This document shows, piece after piece, positions 39,204 to 48,487 of a DNA stretch of 64,000 nt; within the stretch, counting starts at the first letter, position 1, and every line of letters starts with the position of its first letter. Origin of the DNA: Candidatus Micrarchaeota archaeon (lineage in GTDB: Archaea > Micrarchaeota > Micrarchaeia > Anstonellales > Bilamarchaeaceae); NCBI GenBank assembly GCA_038046765.1, contig JBBSVN010000010.1, positions 32,001 to 96,000 of the forward strand, written 5' to 3'. The notes below the pieces were generated by a model that saw only the letters and a program-made list of their open reading frames with translations, did not search any database and was not told the origin of the DNA. The position numbers and the translations under genes are program-made.

Positions 39204-39226
39204 TAGGTTAAACTTTCTTTAACCTA
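39204..39226. promoter_or_regulatory. Inverted-repeat operator upstream of the AbiE-like operon
   Basis: TAGGTTAAA-CTTTC-TTTAACCTA (perfect 9-bp arms), just upstream of a minus-strand TATATAAA box at about 39187-39194. Confidence 0.6.
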
Positions 39227-39318
39227 ATAATATTATAATCGTTTGACTAATTTTCTTTCGATGTTGTCTTTTCCTAGTTAATATTTTTTTCCAATTATCC
39301 AAATAAATAGCTATTTTC

Positions 39319-39387
39319 TTTCGGTTTTCTTCTGTTTTTTAATGAAAGATAATAAATAATCTGATTGCATGTTATATTTAGTGATAA
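39319..39387 (+). promoter_or_regulatory. Duplicated promoter region, copy 2
   Basis: Matches 36395-36463 with a 25-bp exact core. Confidence 0.7.
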
Positions 39388-39408
39388 AATTAGTAAAACT
39401 GATAAGAG

Positions 39409-40134
39409 GTGGGAATTATGGCTGATGTTTTAACTAATAAAGAAACCAACAAAGACGAAAAATTTGTTAATTGGGGAACAAACTGGGCAACAGTACTCCC
39501 TGAACTAATTGGAGAAGACCTAAAACAAAAAATTTACGATAATACTCTATTCAATCTTATGGGAGATCTAAAAGGAAAAACAATACTAGATTATGGTTCT
39601 GGTCCAGCAGTTATTGCATCTAGGGCAAAAAAAATCGGTGCAGATGTAAAAGTATTTGATATTTCATCAGAAATGCTAAAGGCATCTGCAAATAAAATTG
39701 GCATATACAATGTTTATCATAAAATTGATGAAATACCTAGCAATCATTTTGACGTTGTCCTGTGCAATCTGGTTGTATGTATAGTTCCAGAAGAAGCTGA
39801 AGTTGCAAGAATTGCTCTTAATCTAAGATTAGCTCTTAAGGAAGATGGGGTAACTTACATTGGTTTTTGCAATCCAAAAATTTTCAATGTTCCAGAATCC
39901 ATAATTGACTATCGAATGCAAACTGGTAGGAAATATGCTGAATGCCATCAATATCAAAAAATCAAAAAAGAAGGCGGTTACAAAATTGTTGAAATGCATA
40001 GACCAACAGAATGGTACGAAACAATTTTCAAGAGTGTTGGGCTAAATGTTACATCCGTTCATCTGACTCCAAGTTATGACTTAAATGGAAGGCAAATTAA
40101 TGATTTTGTTATCCTAGAAGTTAGAAAAAATTAG
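39409..40134 (+). CDS. Class I SAM-dependent methyltransferase
   Basis: ILDYGSGPA, VFDISSEML and FDVVLCNLV. Confidence 0.88.
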   Translation: MGIMADVLTNKETNKDEKFVNWGTNWATVLPELIGEDLKQKIYDNTLFNLMGDLKGKTILDYGSGPAVIASRAKKIGADVKVFDISSEMLKASANKIGIYNVYHKIDEIPSNHFDVVLCNLVVCIVPEEAEVARIALNLRLALKEDGVTYIGFCNPKIFNVPESIIDYRMQTGRKYAECHQYQKIKKEGGYKIVEMHRPTEWYETIFKSVGLNVTSVHLTPSYDLNGRQINDFVILEVRKN

Positions 40135-40144
40135 GTGATTTATT

Positions 40145-40516
40145 ATGAAAATGAAAGTCGGACAAAAGGAAAAAATGAGTATCGCTAAATGCAGTTTTGT
40201 CAGGCATGCTTTATTTGGATCTGCTCTGTTAGTTTCTGCTGCAAGTGGGTGTGAAAGTAGAAAGAGTGAAGAACCAGAAAATATGACACAGATGACTTTT
40301 CTTAACGGTGCAAAAATCTCAGGATGTATGTTTAAGGCAGATAAGAAAAATCCACTTGAGAAAGATGAGCTTGCGATACATATTGTCTTGTCAGATGAAG
40401 TGCCTGCTGGAGATACTCTAGCTGTGCGTAACATAAGTTCTCAATTAGGGGTAGTTCAAATCAACGGATTTGGGGCAAATCGAAAATTAAAATTTCCGAA
40501 ATGTAACAGAGAATAA
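40145..40516 (+). CDS. Short lipoprotein with S-layer-like motif, possibly truncated
   Basis: ASGC lipobox. IVLSDEVPAGDTLA resembles the IVVG..A.A.D..A motif of euryarchaeal/DPANN S-layer-like proteins. Confidence 0.45.
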   Translation: MKMKVGQKEKMSIAKCSFVRHALFGSALLVSAASGCESRKSEEPENMTQMTFLNGAKISGCMFKADKKNPLEKDELAIHIVLSDEVPAGDTLAVRNISSQLGVVQINGFGANRKLKFPKCNRE

Positions 40517-40540
40517 TAATGCTGCAAGGGGTGGATAAAA

Positions 40541-41851
40541 ATGCTAAATGTATTAAAAACAAAACTGTCAGATTATTTCGAGTTTGCCAAGCATAAAGCT
40601 AATTTCAAAACTGAAATTTTAGCTGGTATTTCTACATTCTTGGCACTATCCTACATTTTCATTGTAAATCCTGCAATATTAGGTGAAGCCGGTATGGCTA
40701 AGGGTTTTGTTTTCTTTGCCACAGTATTTGCCTCTTGTATTGTAACTTTAGCTATGGGGTTATACGCAAAGAAGCCCCTAGTTTTAGCTCCTGGTTTGGA
40801 GATGAATGGTTATATTGCATTTTTTGTAATTGGCGCGCTAGGTTTTAGTTGGCAGGGAGCTTTAGGTGCAGTATTCTGGGAAGGGGTTTTATGTATCCTG
40901 TTTACTTTGCACGAAATGAGAGTAAGGATAATCAAGGCAGTTCCTGCGAGTATGAAAGCTGGTTTATCATTAAGCGTCGGCGTATTTGTCGCAATAATCG
41001 GTTTAAAGGTTTCTAATATTTTACTATATCAAGGAATTGTCCTATCTGGAATAGGTGCGCTCCTTTCAAAAGAAGCCTTGGTTGTTTATTTTGGGCTAGC
41101 TGTTATTTTGATACTTGAGAGATTGAAGATAACTGGCTCGGTTTTAATCAGTATAATTCTTGCTACTTTGCTTGCTTATTACTTCGGTTTAGGGGTAAAG
41201 CCTGAAGAAGTATCATTGCTTTCTCAAGGATGGCTTGATGGCTTTTTGAAGTTTGATTTAGGAGTCATCTTAGATCCAAGAATGTGGAGTATTATTCTCA
41301 CGCTTTTTGTAATTGATTTTTATGGTAGTATTGCTAAGTTCATTGGATTAACCAGGAACACTTCCATAGTAGATGAAAAGGGGGACATGCCGCAGATAAA
41401 AGAAGCTATGCTCGTTGATGGAGCGGGTACTATAATCGGCGCGGGAGCTGGAACAAGTAGCATAATCACATATGTAGAAAGCGCGGTCGGTATAGGTGCT
41501 GGCGGAAGAACCGGATTGACTGCAGTAGTTTGCGGCTTACTTATGTTGTCATTCCTTTTATTACCGAACCTAGTAGGATTAGTACCTGTTATATCTGCTG
41601 CTGGTGCGCTATTATTTGTCGGATTAACTCTTATGCCTTCTAGAAAAGAACTTACAACATACTCAAATGTTGAGAAAGCGTCTATTCTTGCAATGGCGCT
41701 TACAGTATTATTTACATTTGCATTAGACAAAGCTATGCTGATTGGTTTTGGAACTTATATTATTGGCTCAGTTCTAGCTGGTAAATCAAAGCAAGTTGAC
41801 ATCTATTTGGTTATTTCAACTGCATTAATTTTGCTTGCATTAGTGTTTTAG
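40541..41851 (+). CDS. NCS2/AzgA-family purine permease
   Basis: TEILAGISTFL.LSYI.IVNP.IL, APG, YVESAVGI.AGGRTGLTA. Confidence 0.92.
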   Translation: MLNVLKTKLSDYFEFAKHKANFKTEILAGISTFLALSYIFIVNPAILGEAGMAKGFVFFATVFASCIVTLAMGLYAKKPLVLAPGLEMNGYIAFFVIGALGFSWQGALGAVFWEGVLCILFTLHEMRVRIIKAVPASMKAGLSLSVGVFVAIIGLKVSNILLYQGIVLSGIGALLSKEALVVYFGLAVILILERLKITGSVLISIILATLLAYYFGLGVKPEEVSLLSQGWLDGFLKFDLGVILDPRMWSIILTLFVIDFYGSIAKFIGLTRNTSIVDEKGDMPQIKEAMLVDGAGTIIGAGAGTSSIITYVESAVGIGAGGRTGLTAVVCGLLMLSFLLLPNLVGLVPVISAAGALLFVGLTLMPSRKELTTYSNVEKASILAMALTVLFTFALDKAMLIGFGTYIIGSVLAGKSKQVDIYLVISTALILLALVF

Positions 41852-41889
41852 CAGGTGTAATTATTTTTCTTTCTTTTCTTATTAAAATA

Positions 41890-41966
41890 TTACATTTTAG
41901 TAAATCCATTCGTCAAGATGTATACATTATAGTAAATCAATTTGCTAAAATGTAATAAATTAGCTA
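41890..41966. repeat. 77-bp direct repeat, copy A (two palindromic subunits)
   Basis: 71/77 identical to 43213-43289 by manual alignment. TTACATTTTAG...CTAAAATGTAA inverted ends. Confidence 0.92.
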
Positions 41967-41974
41967 GTTTTTGC

Positions 41975-43180
41975 CTATTTTTTATCTTTTTCTACTAAAC
42001 CAACCATAAACAGAGGTCTTTTCATTTCTTCGATTACTCCAGGATGCGTTAATATAATCTGTTTCTTTGCTTTAAAACCTTTAAACTGGCTTGCGCTTTT
42101 ATTTACTCCGCCTATTTCAAAAACAGTTTCCCCAATCAAATAATCAGGTATCTTTTCTCCTCTTTCTGATTTTAAATAGTTTATTTCAAAATCAAGATTC
42201 TGTATCGCTTCAGCAAAAAAATCTTCTCTTATTGCGCCTATGCATTCATCGTAATTTTTATAAAGCAGACGATAAGGTAATGCAAGCAGTATCTTAGGTT
42301 CCTTTAGGACATTTGTTCCTTTAGGAAAAATGCATCTTAAAACAAATGTTTTTTCAAGCACTGTAGCATATTTCTCTACCTTATACTTTGTTGAGCCAAT
42401 ATTTTTTGCAACATTTGTGTAGCTAGTATCTTCAACAGATGATTTACCAAGAAATGAGATCATTTTTCTTACTTCTACAGCTTCTTCAGAAGTTACCCTC
42501 CCGCCTAAAACTAAATCATTTCTTATAATTGTTTCTAGGATGTTGAAAAATAAAGATATTGTTTCTATTTTTCCCATCGTAAAAGGATAATTCCTTCCTT
42601 TTAAGTATAATTCAAAAAGAGGTTCTAGGTGTAAAATTTTTCCATAATATTTTTTTGCGATTTCCATATCCGCTAAATCTTCAATGTTGAACTTTGGCAA
42701 AATTTCATCTTTTTCAAAATAAATAAATTCCCTAAATGAAAACGGGTGTACCTTTATTATCCTCATTCTTCTTGAAAGGTCTGCAGATAACTCATGAAGG
42801 GAAATCGAAGAAGAACTAGTGCAAACTACGTTTATTTTTAAAAAGTCATAAATTCTTTTTAATTCAACTTCAAAGTTTGGATAGTTGTGTATTTCATCTA
42901 TAAATAGTAATTTTGTATCTTTTTCTTCCAGCTCCTTTGCTAGTTCAAATAAATTAGTATCGATACCACCTGTTTCCAAAGATACATAAAAAGAAGATTC
43001 AGTTTCGTATAAAAGCTGCTTTAGTATAGTTGTTTTTCCAGCCCCCCTTGATCCGATCAATGCGATAAATGTTCTTTCTGGCAGGTATTTTTTAATGTCT
43101 TCATAAACAAATCTTTTTTTTGTATATGTTACACCTTCTGCTCGTGCTTTAGCATTTAGTTCATTTAGTATCGGTTGCAT
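41975..43180 (-). CDS. AAA_14-type ATPase with C-terminal DUF4143/PD-(D/E)xK-like domain
   Basis: GSRGAGKTT, LFIDEIH, SSSS, PFSFREF and C-terminal PDY....FEIGG..K. Confidence 0.88.
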   Translation of the reverse strand: MQPILNELNAKARAEGVTYTKKRFVYEDIKKYLPERTFIALIGSRGAGKTTILKQLLYETESSFYVSLETGGIDTNLFELAKELEEKDTKLLFIDEIHNYPNFEVELKRIYDFLKINVVCTSSSSISLHELSADLSRRMRIIKVHPFSFREFIYFEKDEILPKFNIEDLADMEIAKKYYGKILHLEPLFELYLKGRNYPFTMGKIETISLFFNILETIIRNDLVLGGRVTSEEAVEVRKMISFLGKSSVEDTSYTNVAKNIGSTKYKVEKYATVLEKTFVLRCIFPKGTNVLKEPKILLALPYRLLYKNYDECIGAIREDFFAEAIQNLDFEINYLKSERGEKIPDYLIGETVFEIGGVNKSASQFKGFKAKKQIILTHPGVIEEMKRPLFMVGLVEKDKK

Positions 43181-43212
43181 AATCTATAAACAGCACAACA
43201 ATATTTAAATCT

Positions 43213-43289
43213 TTACATTTTAGTAAATCCATTTTCCAAGATGCATACATTATAGTAAATTAATTTTCTAAAATGTAATAAATTAGCTA
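43213..43289. repeat. 77-bp direct repeat, copy B, abutting the ATPase promoter
   Basis: Matches copy A. Minus-strand TTTAAATA box at about 43202-43209 is adjacent. Confidence 0.92.
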
Positions 43290-43290
43290 A

Positions 43291-44802
43291 TTATAAGAAT
43301 GCTTCAACCTGTTTCTCCTTTTTTACCTTAGTTTCTTCAAACCTTTTAGCCATATCTCTAAGTGGTGCGCCTTTTTCTCGCTTAACTGATTTTCGTTGTC
43401 TAACTGATAAGAAAATCGGGTGATTAACTGCTTCTCCAACAACAATTGCTTCGCCCGTCTTTAATCCCGTAATGCTCTTAGCAACCGTTGAATCAATACC
43501 CTCGCTACTCATTTGAATGTGATCTAAATCATTTGGGTTAGTTACACGTAAAATAATGTGCGTAGCGCACTGCGAAAGTGCAGTTGTACTTAAATTAACT
43601 GGACGCTGAGAGATTAAGCAAAGTGAAGCGCCAAATTTTCTTCCTTCTCGCGCGATCGTTTCAATTATACTTCTTGAAATTGCTTCGCTAGCTTCTGCTT
43701 TTTCACGTGCAAAGTTATGCGCTTCTTCAATAAGTAATAAAAATGGCGGAATCCTTTCTTTTTTCCTTAAATTAAATAACTTTCTTCCAAGTAAAGAAAC
43801 TAAAATTTGTTTTTTTCTTAAGCTATCAACGCTTGAAAAATCTAAAATTAAAAGTTTACCTGGCACAACCTGTTTTATTAGGCTTGGATTTTGTTCATCC
43901 TTAGAAATAAATCTGTATCTATGAATTTCACGAAGCGCCCTTTTCAATGTTTTTTTGACAACATCTGTTGATATATCACTATCATCAATAGCTGCAATGA
44001 GTTCGGAAAATCCGTAGTTTACTTCATGCTCTCGCTTACACTGCTGCATTGCATATCGTAAAAGTTCTTTTTGTGGCGGGGATAAATTTGGTAACCACTC
44101 TTCAAGCATTTCTGGGGCGATTTTTGAAAGTGGAATACGCATGTCTTTTACATCAACTATTTCGGTATTGGATCCGTACTTTTGGTCATACTTAAATCCA
44201 ATGTATTCGCCGTGCATATCGATTACGATTGTTGCAATTCTACCTTCGCCTTCTTTAATTTCTAAAAGTTCTTCCATTAAAACTGATGATAAATGTGATT
44301 TACCTGCCCCAGACATTGCTAATATCGCTAAGTGCTTCTGAAGTAGCCTCGTCAAATCAATATTCGCTAGCGTATCATGATGTTGTAAGTTTCCTAAATA
44401 AAGTCCGTCCGCAGAAAATCCCAAGAAATTCTTTAGAATTTCTGATTCGCATATCTCAACTTCATTTCCAGGCGAGGGCGGAAGATAACATCTGGTAAAT
44501 TTACTCTCATCTTTAGCACCAAGTACTCGAACTTCCGCTACAGAATAATCCCAGTTTGTTGTAGGAAAATCCATTTTTATACTACCCTGGTTCTCATAAG
44601 TGGAAATCGTTTCAGCCCGTTCAAAATAACGATTTGATCTATATATCTCTTTAATCATTCCAAATATTATTCCATTCTCGTTTTTTGTCTGAACGTATTG
44701 TCCTTTTTTGACATTTGATTTAGAATTAGTAATGACGAAAGCAAATTCACTAGTCGAAGGAGATTCTTCTGTTGAAACTACTGTACCTATTGCATGTGAC
44801 AT
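43291..44802 (-). CDS. herA: HerA-family DNA translocase/helicase
   Basis: N-terminal HAS-barrel-like region, HLAILAMSGAGKS, ID.HGEY, IEEAHNF, IAREGRKFG, SQRP, LSQC. Confidence 0.9.
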   Translation of the reverse strand: MSHAIGTVVSTEESPSTSEFAFVITNSKSNVKKGQYVQTKNENGIIFGMIKEIYRSNRYFERAETISTYENQGSIKMDFPTTNWDYSVAEVRVLGAKDESKFTRCYLPPSPGNEVEICESEILKNFLGFSADGLYLGNLQHHDTLANIDLTRLLQKHLAILAMSGAGKSHLSSVLMEELLEIKEGEGRIATIVIDMHGEYIGFKYDQKYGSNTEIVDVKDMRIPLSKIAPEMLEEWLPNLSPPQKELLRYAMQQCKREHEVNYGFSELIAAIDDSDISTDVVKKTLKRALREIHRYRFISKDEQNPSLIKQVVPGKLLILDFSSVDSLRKKQILVSLLGRKLFNLRKKERIPPFLLLIEEAHNFAREKAEASEAISRSIIETIAREGRKFGASLCLISQRPVNLSTTALSQCATHIILRVTNPNDLDHIQMSSEGIDSTVAKSITGLKTGEAIVVGEAVNHPIFLSVRQRKSVKREKGAPLRDMAKRFEETKVKKEKQVEAFL

Positions 44803-44834
44803 ACTTGGTTTAAGCAGCTAAGTTTAATATTCCT

Positions 44835-45362
44835 TTACTGAAAACTCGTCCGACTAATCTTCACAAAAATTGGTTTCTGATTCTTTTTATCAACGTACGC
44901 TAGAACTAATTCTTTTCGAAGGTTATTTGCTATTTCCATTTCCTTTTCGATATCGCTAAGTTTTGCCTTTCCACTTGAATCAATAACCTTAACTAAGTAT
45001 TTTGTCCGATCTTCGCCTGGTCTAAAACCTTTTTGGTAAACTCTAAAATACGCGCTATCTTCAAGATTAAGCCTTGCAATAAATCCATTATCCCTAAAGT
45101 ATCTAAGAATTGCATATTTTTCCTGTGCGAGTTTATCCTTCTTTAGAAATTTCCAAAGCTCATCTTTATCAAGTTCCAAGACTCCTTTTTCAGTAAAGTA
45201 AATTGCTTCTAGAAAAGTTAGTTTGTTTTCATCGTAAAGTAATCCGCCTAAATCCTGAATTTTTGATATAATTTGCGTATCATTTATTTTTAAAATATAA
45301 TTTTTCTTGTCTAGTTCTAAGTTTTTCGAATTCTTCATGTTTTTACCCCTATATTTAATCAA
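44835..45362 (-). CDS. endA: tRNA-splicing endonuclease subunit, probably non-catalytic (beta) type
   Basis: LTFLEAIY..EKG, LRYFRDNGF, FRVYQKG.RPG...KYLV and LRKELVLAYVD. The catalytic KYG Tyr and His positions are not conserved. Confidence 0.75.
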   Translation of the reverse strand: MIKYRGKNMKNSKNLELDKKNYILKINDTQIISKIQDLGGLLYDENKLTFLEAIYFTEKGVLELDKDELWKFLKKDKLAQEKYAILRYFRDNGFIARLNLEDSAYFRVYQKGFRPGEDRTKYLVKVIDSSGKAKLSDIEKEMEIANNLRKELVLAYVDKKNQKPIFVKISRTSFQ

Positions 45363-45396
45363 TTAAAATAAAAAAAAGAAAATTTAAAATGATGTT

Positions 45397-45804
45397 TTAA
45401 AAGAATCTGTTTGATAGTACAATCGATGCGCCTATTGCGATCATTGCTACTAATTGATATACTGAAAATATCGTGTATGTCATACTAGATCGTTTTTCAA
45501 ACAATACGCTTGAGAAGTTTGTTGTTGCAATAAATCCAGCCCACAATAAGACTCCTATTAATGCACCATACAATGCTCCAGTTATTCTAAATTGCTCTAA
45601 AACTATTGCTAGTACAAATGTCTGTACTACGGACATAACGGTCATAAGGAAATATGTTTTACCTGTGTCACTTTTTTTAACTTCTGATTCCTTCATCTTT
45701 AATTCTTTCATCCATTGTTTTCCAAAAACTGATGGGGAATACCATATCATACCTATAACAATTGATACTACTGTTCCGATAATTACCGATATTGCATTAA
45801 TCAT
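45397..45804 (-). CDS. DUF1761-family membrane protein
   Basis: IGMIWYSPSVFGKQWMK and four TMs. Confidence 0.85.
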   Translation of the reverse strand: MINAISVIIGTVVSIVIGMIWYSPSVFGKQWMKELKMKESEVKKSDTGKTYFLMTVMSVVQTFVLAIVLEQFRITGALYGALIGVLLWAGFIATTNFSSVLFEKRSSMTYTIFSVYQLVAMIAIGASIVLSNRFF

Positions 45805-45817
45805 ATTTTTTACTCAC

Positions 45818-47587
45818 CTACAATCTAAATTTTATGAATATCAAATAAAGAATAACTACGCTTGTTAATAGCACTATTGGAGCTACAATCTTTGCAACTG
45901 CAACAACTGCATTAACTGTTGAAACCAGTTCTATTGATTGTTTTGCCCCTATTACTTTTATATCTATCCATTTTTTATCTGCATAAAACTTTGCTTTGCT
46001 TATATCTTTGTTTGCTTTTAGTGTAAGTTCTTTTATCGTATGCAGTAATTCAACGCTTTCTTTTGCGGGGTTTAAAACTCCCTTAACTACGTTTGCCTGG
46101 TGAGTGTCGGTTGTGAAAACGGCTGCATGCCATTTCTCTTTCATGTGTTTTCCAATCGACTCCATTTCCTTAATTATTTTTTCCCTAAATTCGGGGGTAA
46201 TTCCATTTGAGTCTAGCCAAATCATTACGTACTTTGGTTTTGTACTTATTATTGCAACTTTTATTCCGGCTTTACCAAACTCGTTAAATGTTACGCTAGT
46301 TTGTGATACTCCAATTTCAAGTTCGCTTTTTTCTAGCTTCTTATTTATTGCCTCATCTACTGCCCCCATGTAATTAAATCCTATTTCGCTTCCCGCTTCA
46401 AAGCTCACTACTTCTCCAGTTTCTGCATTATGCTGATCTACAACTGTCGCTTCCTTGTAAATTGCCTGTGCTTGTTGTATCATTGCTAAACCTAATCCAA
46501 AATGTACATCTTCGGTTACAAGAGGTGCACGAGTTAAACTTATGAATGCGTTATTATCAAAACAAAGTGCTTCTGCAGAGCATTCTTTTTGTTTGCCAAT
46601 TGCTAAACTCACGTTAGTCTTCTCATACTTTGCCTGGCCTAGAATTTCTTTACACATTTTAAGTATTTTTTCAATTTCAGTTGCTGCTACTGGATTTAAG
46701 TCGTGAGTAACTGTTGGATGAAAAACAAATGTTGTCGCATTATATTCTTTAGATAATTTATCTGATAATAAATAACTAAACTCACTTCCCCCTAAGTTTC
46801 CAAATGGTCCAAAATGAACATAAGGAGATACAAAAAGTACCTTGTCGTTTTCTCTTTGAAATGAATAAACTGAAATTAATGTCTTAACGTTTTCTCCTAG
46901 GTTGTCCATAGTCTTTTCCATATTGTTGTCCTTGTAGAGCCACTGTGCAACTATTAATGAAAATGCGTCTGTGCTGTTTATTCCAAAGCTTCTTCTCATT
47001 GGTGCGTTTACAATCATAAAAAATATGTACAAACCTAGTAGAAGTAGAAATGCTGCAAAATAAAACCTAAAGAGGTAGCCTCCTAAGTCCGATGAAAAAG
47101 AATTCCTGGAAAAGTTTATGAAAAACATCAGGTGAAAGAATAGCTGCAGGACTGCAAAAAGAAAACTTCTGAATTTTAAAATAAATATTAGTTTTGCAAT
47201 TGCGTACCATAAAACAAAAACAAGTGCTGCTCCTATAATTATTATTATCTGTCCGTAAATCGCATCATATTTGGATACAAAAAATCCAGCGAGGTATGTT
47301 ATTGCGTATATTATTTCTCCAGCTAACGCCGTAACCAATATCCTTCTAAAAAACATCTTTCTTAGCATGATTTTTATAACTGTTGCTGTAAGTAGTGATG
47401 GCAAGGCAACTAATAAAATTCCATCTATAAATCCATTTGTCAGTATGTTTAGTCCACTGTAAGTCTGGACATCTATTAAAATTCCAAAAATTATTCCAAG
47501 TAAGACTATTGCTACAATTAAGTACTTTGAACTTGGAAGTGAATGAAAATAATCTGTAATGCTTAATGCTTTTTCTACGTTTCCCAT
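45818..47587 (-). CDS. DUF2070-family archaeal membrane protein
   Basis: N-terminal TMs, VHFGPFGNLGGS, H...HDLNP, DQHNA, D.NG, TTDTH. Confidence 0.85.
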   Translation of the reverse strand: MGNVEKALSITDYFHSLPSSKYLIVAIVLLGIIFGILIDVQTYSGLNILTNGFIDGILLVALPSLLTATVIKIMLRKMFFRRILVTALAGEIIYAITYLAGFFVSKYDAIYGQIIIIIGAALVFVLWYAIAKLIFILKFRSFLFAVLQLFFHLMFFINFSRNSFSSDLGGYLFRFYFAAFLLLLGLYIFFMIVNAPMRRSFGINSTDAFSLIVAQWLYKDNNMEKTMDNLGENVKTLISVYSFQRENDKVLFVSPYVHFGPFGNLGGSEFSYLLSDKLSKEYNATTFVFHPTVTHDLNPVAATEIEKILKMCKEILGQAKYEKTNVSLAIGKQKECSAEALCFDNNAFISLTRAPLVTEDVHFGLGLAMIQQAQAIYKEATVVDQHNAETGEVVSFEAGSEIGFNYMGAVDEAINKKLEKSELEIGVSQTSVTFNEFGKAGIKVAIISTKPKYVMIWLDSNGITPEFREKIIKEMESIGKHMKEKWHAAVFTTDTHQANVVKGVLNPAKESVELLHTIKELTLKANKDISKAKFYADKKWIDIKVIGAKQSIELVSTVNAVVAVAKIVAPIVLLTSVVILYLIFIKFRL

Positions 47588-47620
47588 ACCTTTTATTTAC
47601 TTCCCCTACATATTTAAACT

Positions 47621-48343
47621 ATGATAATCTGTCCAAAATGTGGTATTACTAATGATAAGGTTCAATTTGTAAATGCTTTTTGCATAAACTGTACTAAAGA
47701 AACGGTTAATGTTACTTGTCAGGAAAAATTCGAGTATCAAAAATGTAAATTCTGCGACAATGTTTTTTTCCGAGGAAAATGGGTTCCTTGGGATGCAAAA
47801 ACCGAACATGAAATGGAAAAATCTATCCTTAGCAAATGCAAATACAAAGATGGTATAATTCGTGGTACTTACGATCGGGCACATTCTCTTGCTGTATTAT
47901 ATCTTAATGTCGCAAGAGAACAAGTTCGCGTTGAGCGAAAAATTGAAGTTGAGGTCAAAATTTCTACTTGTGTCGATTGTTCAAGAATGTCTGGGGGATA
48001 TTTTGAAGCTATAATTCAGCTTCGTGGGAACAAAGATAAGATTGAAAAAAATATTAAGCGGCTTCAAGTCTTGCTTGGAAAACAAGTTGTTAAAATTGAC
48101 CAGCTTAAGGAAGGAGTTGACCTTTATGTAATGTCAACAAGGGAAACTGGAGCTGCTTTATCAAAAGCGCGGTTACCATTTAATACTTCTAAAAGCTTAT
48201 ACGGCGAAAAACAGGGAAAAAGAATCTATCGAACTACTTTTGCAGTAAGACTTGCTGACCCGGTTAAAAAAGAAATACCAGTAGAAGAAACGATACAAGA
48301 AACTAATCCAGAAGATGATGGAGACAATGATGACGAAGATTAA
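47621..48343 (+). CDS. nmd3: NMD3-family ribosome biogenesis protein
   Basis: CPKCG, FCINC, CKFC, CVDCSRMSGGYFEAIIQLRG, KEGVDLY and YRTT. Confidence 0.92.
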   Translation: MIICPKCGITNDKVQFVNAFCINCTKETVNVTCQEKFEYQKCKFCDNVFFRGKWVPWDAKTEHEMEKSILSKCKYKDGIIRGTYDRAHSLAVLYLNVAREQVRVERKIEVEVKISTCVDCSRMSGGYFEAIIQLRGNKDKIEKNIKRLQVLLGKQVVKIDQLKEGVDLYVMSTRETGAALSKARLPFNTSKSLYGEKQGKRIYRTTFAVRLADPVKKEIPVEETIQETNPEDDGDNDDED

Positions 48344-48487
48344 GATAAAAACGATTAATTGTGTCTATTTCTTCAACCCGAGTTTATGATCTCTGTTCTG
48401 ATCTTCTGTTGCACAGACTAAAAACTCTGATTGCACTTTATCCGGAGAGACCAAAGAAAAGGTAACTATTATTTTATATCCTAAAGT

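Noticed and set aside
41890..43289. 77-bp repeats as a CRISPR array or IS ends
   Set aside because: Only two copies 1.3 kb apart with no spacers. No cas or transposase gene, and the copies are direct rather than inverted.
48350..48485. Possible ncRNA between nmd3 and the convergent gene (short TGATCT/CTGTT/TTGCAC repeats)
   Set aside because: I could not establish a convincing structure or family motif by eye.
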